Shown piece after piece: positions 9,734-18,120 of a stretch of 32,000 bases of DNA. The translations under genes were made by a program, and so were the position numbers. The notes beneath the pieces were generated by a model. That model did no database searches. It saw only the letters and a list, made by a program, of their open reading frames with translations, and had not been told where the DNA came from. Positions within the stretch are counted from its first letter, which is position 1. Each line of letters starts with the position of its first letter. Origin of the DNA: Promethearchaeota archaeon (GTDB taxonomy: Archaea > Asgardarchaeota > Lokiarchaeia > Sigyniarchaeales > Promethearchaeaceae); contig JAFGBS010000034.1 in the NCBI GenBank assembly GCA_016933055.1, positions 60,001 through 92,000 of the forward strand. Direction: 5' to 3'.

Positions 9734-10681
9734 ATGAAAGTGCAAAATGGTAATATATCGGACCCAACTAGGCATTTCACAGACCTACGTCGCCACTGCT
9801 GGGAACATAGGGTTCCTCTCAATCTTCGTAGACTGATCTGGCAGATTGCAGTTACTGCAAAATATATCTCTGCAAAGATCCACGAAAGTAACCGTAAGTT
9901 GGCTGGGATCAAAAATATTTATGGTGAGGAACAAATGGTTTTAGATAGAGCCACAGATGAAATATTGATGCATCAATTAGAATACTCGGGTTTTGTGAAA
10001 TATTATGCATCAGAAGAGCAAGCAAAAGTCATTACCGTAAACACTGGTCCTGATGCAAAATACTTTGTTGCTGCAGATCCCCTAGATGGGAGTAGTCTAG
10101 TGGATGTTAATCTAGCTATTGGAACCATAATCGGGATTTATGAGGGGGATATCATGAAGCCTGCCCGTGAAAGTCTCGTAGCTTCAATGGCTATCGTTTA
10201 TGGACCCCTAATCACACTAGCATACACTGCGGGTAATGGATCGCACGAATTCGTTTTAAATAGAGAAGGAGAGTATGTTCTTAGTGAAGAAAATATCAAA
10301 ATGAAAGACAAAGGAAAAATTTATGGAACCGGAGGTCTTCGAAGAGATTGGTCTACAGAGCATACCAACTGGATCGGTGCCCTAGAACAAGAAGGGTATA
10401 AAGTTCGATATTCTGGAGCATTTGTAGCAGATGTTAATCATATTATGATCAAGGGTGGGGGTGTATACGCATATCCAGCTCTACGTAATAACCCTGACAG
10501 CAAAATGCGATTGATTTTCGAACTTCAACCTATGGCTTATCTTATTGAACAGGCAGGTGGTATTGCTACTAATGGACATGAGCACATTTTAGATATCAAA
10601 CCGAAAGCTCTCGATCAGCGCTCTCCAATATACATCGGGAGTAAATATGAGGTAGAAAAAGCAAGAGAAATGTTACGTTAA
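9734..10681 (+). CDS. fbp: Fructose-1,6-bisphosphatase class I
   Basis: SEE, DPLDGSSLVDVNLAIGTI, RYSGAFVADVNHIMIKGGGVYAYP, KMRLIFELQPMAYLIEQAGG and QRSPIYIGS motifs. Confidence 0.92.
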   Translation: MKVQNGNISDPTRHFTDLRRHCWEHRVPLNLRRLIWQIAVTAKYISAKIHESNRKLAGIKNIYGEEQMVLDRATDEILMHQLEYSGFVKYYASEEQAKVITVNTGPDAKYFVAADPLDGSSLVDVNLAIGTIIGIYEGDIMKPARESLVASMAIVYGPLITLAYTAGNGSHEFVLNREGEYVLSEENIKMKDKGKIYGTGGLRRDWSTEHTNWIGALEQEGYKVRYSGAFVADVNHIMIKGGGVYAYPALRNNPDSKMRLIFELQPMAYLIEQAGGIATNGHEHILDIKPKALDQRSPIYIGSKYEVEKAREMLR

Positions 10682-10717
10682 ACAAAACTGAGTATAAAAA
10701 AAGAAAATTCAAAATAA

Positions 10718-12190
10718 TCATTTCTTTTCAGGTATGTGGCAATTTATCCATTTTACTTCATTCATAATTTCTCTGTGATTTAGACGAGACACTGTGGCTT
10801 TCAGACCTCTTCCAGATGTCACTTTTGTGATAATCCATTCATAACTTCCGGCATAGTTTATTTTATTCCATAGCCAAAGCAGGAAATCATATGATAAAAT
10901 GGTAATAACTGCAAAAAAGAGAACCCAAACTTCTGCTCCTGGATGAGTCCCCCTTAAAAACTGATCAGAAATCGTGTTTAATCCATATAATCTACTGAAT
11001 AATGGATAAAGGATAGCACGTGGTACAAGCATGTAAATCTGGATTGCAAACATCGTCATTGCTATAATACCCCATTTTCGGAAGTATTTTATGATTGCTC
11101 GATTCCCAAATTTATCTCCTCTACCTCTAAATTCTACCAAACGTAGCATTAATGCAACACAGCCAAGCTGACAGCCTAAGAGTATCAGATAAAATCCCAT
11201 ATTGGGGCGCTCAAATGTGATGTCAAAATTTGGATCAAAGAATATATGAAGAACTGCTGCGGTAAAGATGGCAAACACGCAAATTCCAATATACAAGGGA
11301 GTTTTTTTTGGAGGTTTATCCATTGCAAGAATGATACCCACTATAGAACCAATGAATGTGGTGGTTAAAAAGGGGAAAAAAGGATAGAGATCACCAGCAA
11401 TCAATACTAATAAATAAGTTTTAAATGAAGCATTTACAGATTGGAGTGCTTCACTAGGCCAGGTAAAATGGTAAGGATCGACACCTCCCATATAATTAGT
11501 AAGAAAATCATCGTAATTAGGAGGAATGGTCCAAGGTAAATTATCCACATAATTCCACACAAATGGGGAAGCAACAAAAATAATAACGGTAAGTATGCTT
11601 AAAATAATGATATTTCGTGTAGGTTTTCTCTCCCCGTGATTTAAGAGAATGAAAAATAGCACAATTGCGTGTATTATTTCAGCCCACCCAATTATCTGTA
11701 ATGCTTCTAGCATAAAAATTCGCCTCCAAATGGCTGATACACTGTAAGGATTCACCCACGGGCTTAAAGTGAGTAAATTTTCACCTGATTGTATAACTCT
11801 TCCAAAATATCCGTAATAACCGAATGCTTCCGTAATTCTTCCCGCAATTAGAATTCCCACTCCATTTATCGCACGTTTTAAAAATATTTTAAAAGGGGGT
11901 GTATTTGCTTTAGCACGTTTCATAGCTGTTAAAGAGGTTACAATTCCGCTAATGAGAACAAAGTATCCTGCCCAAGCACCCAAAAATGCCATTACAATAA
12001 ACCATACTGCTAAGAGGGGATGAACGACTTGAAAAATGGTAGAGGGATCAATCCAAGAGTAATCATAGAGATGGTTAAATACATGAAGAAACACCATCAG
12101 CCATATGGCTAATCCACGCTGAAAATCGATGGATGCAAATCTTTCCATTCTTCGGCCGTTATGTACTTGTGAAACTACTTCTTCAGACAT
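10718..12190 (-). CDS. Polytopic membrane protein, DUF1624/HGSNAT-like acyltransferase family
   Basis: RFASIDFQRGLAIWLMVFLH N-terminal motif (RxxxxDxxRGxAxxxMxxxH); 10 or more TM segments. Confidence 0.65.
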   Translation of the reverse strand: MSEEVVSQVHNGRRMERFASIDFQRGLAIWLMVFLHVFNHLYDYSWIDPSTIFQVVHPLLAVWFIVMAFLGAWAGYFVLISGIVTSLTAMKRAKANTPPFKIFLKRAINGVGILIAGRITEAFGYYGYFGRVIQSGENLLTLSPWVNPYSVSAIWRRIFMLEALQIIGWAEIIHAIVLFFILLNHGERKPTRNIIILSILTVIIFVASPFVWNYVDNLPWTIPPNYDDFLTNYMGGVDPYHFTWPSEALQSVNASFKTYLLVLIAGDLYPFFPFLTTTFIGSIVGIILAMDKPPKKTPLYIGICVFAIFTAAVLHIFFDPNFDITFERPNMGFYLILLGCQLGCVALMLRLVEFRGRGDKFGNRAIIKYFRKWGIIAMTMFAIQIYMLVPRAILYPLFSRLYGLNTISDQFLRGTHPGAEVWVLFFAVITILSYDFLLWLWNKINYAGSYEWIITKVTSGRGLKATVSRLNHREIMNEVKWINCHIPEKK

Positions 12191-12562
12191 ATTAATTCAC
12201 TTTCAATTCTTCTTCTAATTGAATGAATACTAACTTGAATAATGCAATGATTTCAGCTCAATAGTATTTAAAAAACAGCTTTTAGCGAAGAACCATCACC
12301 AATAGTATTTATTTCAAATTTTCCTCCGTCTGCAAAGCAATATTTAATGAATCAGCCCTTTTGCTATGCTCAAAGGGTGTTTTATGGATGTACCTTGAGG
12401 TGAAAAATATATCACGACCGGGCGATTCCAAAAATCCAGCTAGTCCATCACAATACGACCGCATTTACCTTTGATTAAGATTTTAAAAAAAATTAGTGAA
12501 CTATTCGAAAATCATAATACACTTTGAAATCATGAAAATGAAGAGAACTGAGAATTATCAAA

Positions 12563-12748
12563 CTAGTTTTTTGACCACTCGTATCCACATCGTCCGCAGA
12601 CGAGCTTCTTTGCATACATCGTCGATAGCCCAGATCCCATTATAAGAGGTTTAGTTTTATCATCCTTCTCATGTATCATAGGTGGAATGGCTCCACATTT
12701 AGCGCATTTGTACAAACGATCAACAACTTCTGTATTTTCTTCAACCAT
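12563..12748 (-). CDS. Small stand-alone zinc-ribbon protein
   Basis: 61 aa with CAKC and CGRC pairs; AGGGA upstream of the ATG. Confidence 0.7.
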   Translation of the reverse strand: MVEENTEVVDRLYKCAKCGAIPPMIHEKDDKTKPLIMGSGLSTMYAKKLVCGRCGYEWSKN

Positions 12749-12855
12749 ATGCTTATCCCTTTTTTGTGTAATTATGGTGTAATGGCAGAAGTAAACCTAA
12801 ATATATAATCTAAATACTTACCCACATGAATTAGCGATATAAGTGAAAGAGTTCG

Positions 12856-13611
12856 ATGGGAAAATCACCAATCATTTTTGCACACAGAGGAGCATCCGGT
12901 TATGAATATGAAAATACGATCTCAGCATTTGATAAAGCAGTAGAATTAGGTGCAAACGGCATTGAAATAGATTGCTGGTTGCTTAAAGATGGTTCAATAG
13001 CAATTCACCATGATAGATTTATTCATACAGCGGGAAAATTTCCGAAAAATATTTCAAAAATGACAAAAGAAGATCTAAATTGCATCCAGTTACCTAACGG
13101 GAGTACCATTCCTTTAATTCAGGAAGTTTTTGGCAGATACAAGACATCTAGGGATTTGAATGGCGTCCCGATCAAATTCAGTATTGATCTTCAAGATCTT
13201 AAAGTTGGAATGGTTCTTGCAAGAATTATCGTGGAATTGAATTTGGTCGATCGAGTGTATCTATGCAGTCATAATGTGGTCTCTCTGCACAGAATTCGAA
13301 AATATCATCCCCGTATAAAACTAATTGCCTCTAACGTCGAAAAAATCGTTAACAAATCAAAATTTCCCTGTGTTCAAGATTTTTCTTCAATAAATATATT
13401 GGCAATTAATCTTGAAGGAAAAATTATTACCGACGCCATACTCGATAAAATTCGAAAATACAGTTATCAAGTTTTTATTTGGGGCCTACACTCAGCAAAT
13501 TCATTACAGAAATGTTTAAAATTCCATCCCAATGCAATTTATACGAATTATCCCGATATTGCATTTGAACTAATAAACCATAACAAGATAAACGATACCT
13601 CTCATGCTTAA
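12856..13611 (+). CDS. Glycerophosphodiester phosphodiesterase (GDPD)
   Basis: IFAHRGASG..ENTISAFDKAVELGANGIEID...KDG..AIHHD and terminal IYTNYP. Confidence 0.88.
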   Translation: MGKSPIIFAHRGASGYEYENTISAFDKAVELGANGIEIDCWLLKDGSIAIHHDRFIHTAGKFPKNISKMTKEDLNCIQLPNGSTIPLIQEVFGRYKTSRDLNGVPIKFSIDLQDLKVGMVLARIIVELNLVDRVYLCSHNVVSLHRIRKYHPRIKLIASNVEKIVNKSKFPCVQDFSSINILAINLEGKIITDAILDKIRKYSYQVFIWGLHSANSLQKCLKFHPNAIYTNYPDIAFELINHNKINDTSHA

Positions 13612-13614
13612 TTT

Positions 13615-14385
13615 ATGTTATCTGAAAAAATAATACTGGTTTCAGGAGTAGGTGGGGCAATTGGAAATAGTATTGTTAAACATTTAGTTCCTATTTCAAA
13701 TTCTGTTGTAAGTTCGAGTCGCTCAAAGGTATCTACTTTATACGAATATGATGCTATTCCACTGAACTATACTCATATTCCATTGGATTTAACCGAAGAA
13801 AAGAATATCGTAAAGTTATTCCAGATGATAAACCAAAAATTTGGACGTTTAGATGTTTTCATCAACACGATTGGAGGGTCCTTATATTCCCATCGGATTG
13901 AAGATTACCCACTAGAAGAATTCGAAGAAATATTAAAAGTAAATTTAATCAGTGCATTTCTCCTGACCAAACATGCAATTCGTCTTATGAGGGATAACAT
14001 CCCTCTTGGGGGCAATATCATTCATATTATATCTTCTTCATCACGAAAAATTTCTCATAATAAGGCGCCTTATGGAATTGCTAAGGCGGGATTAGCAAAA
14101 TTAGTGAATTATGTGGCTTCTGAAGTAGGTGAATATGATATTCGAGTCAATGGTATTAGTCCGGGTTATATTTTCACACCGAGACATCTACAAGATATTG
14201 AGACGGAAACTAGAAAAACGGGAAAATCGGAACATGAGATTATACGATCTAAATTAAAATTGCAGAAAATTCAACGTAAAATGTATCCAGAGGATCTCTT
14301 ACCATTAGTGGAACTATTAAGTACTACTAAAGTAATCACGGGACAAAACTATAACTGCACGGTGGGAGAAGTGCTAAACTATTAG
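13615..14385 (+). CDS. Classical SDR oxidoreductase
   Basis: GVGGAIG, FGRLDVFINTIGG, YGIAK (YxxxK), DIRVNGISPG; 3 nt after the GDPD stop, so probably co-transcribed. Confidence 0.85.
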   Translation: MLSEKIILVSGVGGAIGNSIVKHLVPISNSVVSSSRSKVSTLYEYDAIPLNYTHIPLDLTEEKNIVKLFQMINQKFGRLDVFINTIGGSLYSHRIEDYPLEEFEEILKVNLISAFLLTKHAIRLMRDNIPLGGNIIHIISSSSRKISHNKAPYGIAKAGLAKLVNYVASEVGEYDIRVNGISPGYIFTPRHLQDIETETRKTGKSEHEIIRSKLKLQKIQRKMYPEDLLPLVELLSTTKVITGQNYNCTVGEVLNY

Positions 14386-14393
14386 AAAACGTA

Positions 14394-15710
14394 TCAAAGA
14401 CTCGATGCTAATCTTTGCACTTCTTTAATCCCCTGGATTTGTCCCCGTTCCCTATAAATATAACCCAAGCCTCGTAATAGCCCAATACCTCGTACTTTAT
14501 CCACTAATTTAGCCATTGTTGAAAACTTCTGTCGATAGGTTAATAAGCGATCCTCCTCGCGCAAAAAACAATCTTCAATGTCGGGAAGAGTGTTTTGACT
14601 GAAATAGGATAAATGTAACAAATTTTCGACTAATTCCAAATCAAATTGCTTCTTTATAATGTCTATTTTTTTCAAGTGCGCGTTTAAATTAAGAATGACG
14701 CCTTCATATTGCATAATATGGGATTCGGGAGGCAAAATAAGCAATCCTTGACGATTGTGCGAGTATTTTATCATACTGTGCGGAATTAAATAGGATAATT
14801 GATCCCTCAAGGTTGTTTCTAAAAGAGAGAGAATTTCCTCGGTGCTTTGCGGGTGTTGCAGATTCATTACAATTATACATGGAATACTAAATACACCATA
14901 GGCTCCTAAACGCTTCGTGAATTTATCTCTCTTCTTAATCTCTTCTTCATTTGATAATAAATTAAGTGAAAAATCCACTGATAGAAAGATTTCGGGGTTT
15001 TTTATGGAAGAGAAATCCGTTTCTACACACATTTGTAACGATTCATAGTCTTTCAAGATCGTTTTCGGATTTAGCATAGAATCTATATCCTCACGAGTTA
15101 AGTATGGTTTTACCCGATTTGATAATTCTATCAGTCGAGAATCTCTTCGAAGCCTAGTATTACTATTTTTGAGTCCCTTGTTTACTTCTACTATAATATC
15201 TCGAAGAATTTGTGGGAGATAGTCCAATTTAAGATTAATTTCTGTGGCTAAAGAGATGTTTATAAACACTATAAGTGATTTCAGTAGATCATCGGGTAAT
15301 TCATGATAATGCACTTCTAATTCGGTATATTCTAAATTTGAAATTTGAAACCACTTAGTGGATTCTATATTAGTGATGCAAATTATTTTATCAGCATAGT
15401 TATTATAAAATCGTTCGGGAATGCCTGCTTGATTAGTAATTTTCAGTTTTGCTCCTGGTTTAAAATGAAACATTCCGATGATTTGGAGCCCACCAGGGAT
15501 TATCCGTAAAATTTCTTCCAGTTCGTTTGGATCTGGTAAACGATAGTTATCATCAGTATCCACATATTTAGAAGCTATTATTGCAGAAATTGCGATGATT
15601 TGATCCGTGCTGGAGGGAAACCCAATTAACCAACCACATGCATTTTTACGTGAAACTTGTGGAGATTTTTCTATAAAATCTTTGATCCACGAACTAACAA
15701 ATATCTTCAT
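14394..15710 (-). CDS. Hypothetical protein with N-terminal non-catalytic MPN domain, ODR-4-like
   Basis: Residues 26-30 GWLIG and 69-85 RIIPGGLQIIGMFHFKP match the MPN strand pattern and the recalled ODR-4 signature (GLLIG...RMLPGGLLVLGVF); the JAMM HxH motif is absent. Confidence 0.6.
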   Translation of the reverse strand: MKIFVSSWIKDFIEKSPQVSRKNACGWLIGFPSSTDQIIAISAIIASKYVDTDDNYRLPDPNELEEILRIIPGGLQIIGMFHFKPGAKLKITNQAGIPERFYNNYADKIICITNIESTKWFQISNLEYTELEVHYHELPDDLLKSLIVFINISLATEINLKLDYLPQILRDIIVEVNKGLKNSNTRLRRDSRLIELSNRVKPYLTREDIDSMLNPKTILKDYESLQMCVETDFSSIKNPEIFLSVDFSLNLLSNEEEIKKRDKFTKRLGAYGVFSIPCIIVMNLQHPQSTEEILSLLETTLRDQLSYLIPHSMIKYSHNRQGLLILPPESHIMQYEGVILNLNAHLKKIDIIKKQFDLELVENLLHLSYFSQNTLPDIEDCFLREEDRLLTYRQKFSTMAKLVDKVRGIGLLRGLGYIYRERGQIQGIKEVQRLASSL

Positions 15711-15781
15711 TTTCTTCTATATAGAACAATAGAGGAGAGATATAAAAAAAATTCTTGGTCTAGGTATCGAAAGAATATATA

Positions 15782-16054
15782 ATGGTTGGATTCTCTTGGT
15801 ACTATATGCCTTTGAAAAAATTTTGGGATTTCATCGATAATATCCGAATTAAACACTTTCTGTTCATGATGGTAACCAGCCTATCATTACTTGTAATTGG
15901 AATTGTGGGAAAAATTGTGATCGTAGATGAATTAATGCTCAGTGGAATTTACTTAACAGCAGTCAATACGTTCCATTGGTGCTTTATTGGAGTAGGTATC
16001 GTATTTGCATTGTTATCCATCGGGACATTATTTGCAATTTTAGACATAGTCTAG
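15782..16054 (+). CDS. Small hypothetical membrane protein (2 TM)
   Basis: 90-aa ORF filling the gap between two long genes, with two clear hydrophobic helices. Confidence 0.55.
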   Translation: MVGFSWYYMPLKKFWDFIDNIRIKHFLFMMVTSLSLLVIGIVGKIVIVDELMLSGIYLTAVNTFHWCFIGVGIVFALLSIGTLFAILDIV

Positions 16055-16164
16055 TCTTTTCTGTACAACTGGAAACACTAATTATTTGATCATCTTAAGC
16101 TTTAATTCGAATTCTTCTTTTTTGCGTAAAAAATAATAAAAAATAACCACTATAGTAGCAGATA

Positions 16165-18114
16165 ATGAGTTTCAAACCAGATGAATTAAACCGAATAAAT
16201 ACTCTGTATCCTGAATTATGTAATGCGGATGGACAGATCAATCTGGAAAATGAACATGCAAAGAATTTACTAAGCGATTGGAAAGAACCCAAAGCATTTG
16301 ATAAAATTGGGTACGCAAGACCTCTGGGGGGTTTCTTTTACGAATTTTTTTATTATATACTGGGAACTGTGATTTCTTTGGCAATTTATCCTTTCATTCT
16401 ATCTTTCATGTATCCTTGGCCCGAATCGCAGAGTTATGCAAATCTTGTAGGTGTGATCTTTTTAATATTTGAAAACATATTCAATATCCCCACACAATTT
16501 GCAATAGATCGGTTCGTTGGCGAGTATCGGGTAAAAAACACGCGAAAAATGATTGATTTTATTCGATTTTATACATGGTGGCAGATGATGTCGGGCGTAT
16601 TTATTGTCACAGGATTCTCCTATTACGTTTTTCAGATAATAAATTCAGACAGTACACTGGTTTGGGCAAAATGGCTCATGCTTATTACAATCTCACGAGA
16701 GTATCCTGCCCTTCAGGATTTTTATATAAATTGCATTCGGGGAATGCAAAAATATGATCTTGAAGCCAAACTGAATTTCATCAACCAATTTATCGTCAGT
16801 GCGGTTTTTGAATTTGGTTTTGTAATGTTTGGAAAATATATTATAGGAAGAAATCCTATATACGGACCTCTGGTGGGTATTTCTATAGGATTCGCCATCG
16901 GAACCTATTTGGACGATTTTGTCTCCATCTTCATCAATATGTTTTATTTTTCTAAAATAATAAGACCTCTTGGTTACACTTTAAAAGATTGCTTCATACC
17001 CCAAGTAGAAAAAGATACTATTCTAAAAAGTATAAAATTTGGGATCGTTGTATCTATACCAGGGTTAATTAAAGCTCTTTTCTCCGGAATAACTGCTTTT
17101 TGGTGGTACTCAGCACTTCCAGCATATCTAACATTAATAACTCTCTCTGAATTTGCTGATGGGATTACCAACTACATCAAGATCGGTGGTGGAATTAATA
17201 TACGCCCCACTATATCCGAAGCGTATAATAGCGGACAAAAGAACTTGACGAGTTATTATATTTCTATGTCATGGAAATTCATTATGTTCTTTCTTTTTGC
17301 ATTGGGAACTATTGTAATTGTTTTTCTCCCTTCTTTATTATCAGTGCTACTACAAGTCGCTGGAGCTGAGGAATATGTATTAGCAGTTTTTTTTATTATC
17401 CCGAATTTTATAGCAACTATCATAGAGCAACCCGTAGTAACTGCGGAGGATACCATTTTGGGTGCTAATAAACCTCTATTTAACTCTGCTATCATGATAG
17501 TATCCTATTTTGTGGAGGTATTATTGATATTCTTATCCATAAATGTGTTTAGGATTCATGAGATTTGGGGACTACGAGGTATATTTTGGCTATTACCCTT
17601 AATTCCGTTTATTCCTAATCTTATTAGAATGATCACAAGTTGGATTTATATTGATAAGAAAATCGCTCGAGTCCATATCAAAAAATTTGGATGGCAATCT
17701 TTCATTGCTCCCATAATTCCGGCAATAATTATTGGTGGAATAGGATTTTTATGGACTCATTTGGTGTTTCCTTTCTTATCGGATTTAACAAATAGCCCTT
17801 TAATTGCAGGAGTAATTACGTTAATTTTTGCAATTGTTGGCTGTATGTTATTCATATATTTTCCACTCTATGCGTTATTCGGTGGTTGGGATGAGCACAC
17901 TTTATCAGTATTTCAAGAAGCTACGGAAATATCTGGTCCTTCCCGCATTTTCTTTGGGCCAATCTTTAAGATTTCTAACTGGTTTGTAAAAAAATCTCCT
18001 TTTCATAATCGCTTTCCTATCCCGTATAAAAAAGCACAAGAAGAGGCGTTTGAATTAATGAAAATCCGCCATATTAAGGATAAATTGGTGATGCAAATTT
18101 ATCCACAAAATTAA
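16165..18114 (+). CDS. MOP-superfamily (MATE/polysaccharide flippase-like) membrane protein
   Basis: 649 aa with about 14 TM segments arranged like oligosaccharide flippases; no stronger diagnostic motif recognised. Confidence 0.55.
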   Translation: MSFKPDELNRINTLYPELCNADGQINLENEHAKNLLSDWKEPKAFDKIGYARPLGGFFYEFFYYILGTVISLAIYPFILSFMYPWPESQSYANLVGVIFLIFENIFNIPTQFAIDRFVGEYRVKNTRKMIDFIRFYTWWQMMSGVFIVTGFSYYVFQIINSDSTLVWAKWLMLITISREYPALQDFYINCIRGMQKYDLEAKLNFINQFIVSAVFEFGFVMFGKYIIGRNPIYGPLVGISIGFAIGTYLDDFVSIFINMFYFSKIIRPLGYTLKDCFIPQVEKDTILKSIKFGIVVSIPGLIKALFSGITAFWWYSALPAYLTLITLSEFADGITNYIKIGGGINIRPTISEAYNSGQKNLTSYYISMSWKFIMFFLFALGTIVIVFLPSLLSVLLQVAGAEEYVLAVFFIIPNFIATIIEQPVVTAEDTILGANKPLFNSAIMIVSYFVEVLLIFLSINVFRIHEIWGLRGIFWLLPLIPFIPNLIRMITSWIYIDKKIARVHIKKFGWQSFIAPIIPAIIIGGIGFLWTHLVFPFLSDLTNSPLIAGVITLIFAIVGCMLFIYFPLYALFGGWDEHTLSVFQEATEISGPSRIFFGPIFKISNWFVKKSPFHNRFPIPYKKAQEEAFELMKIRHIKDKLVMQIYPQN

Positions 18115-18120
18115 TTCTTT

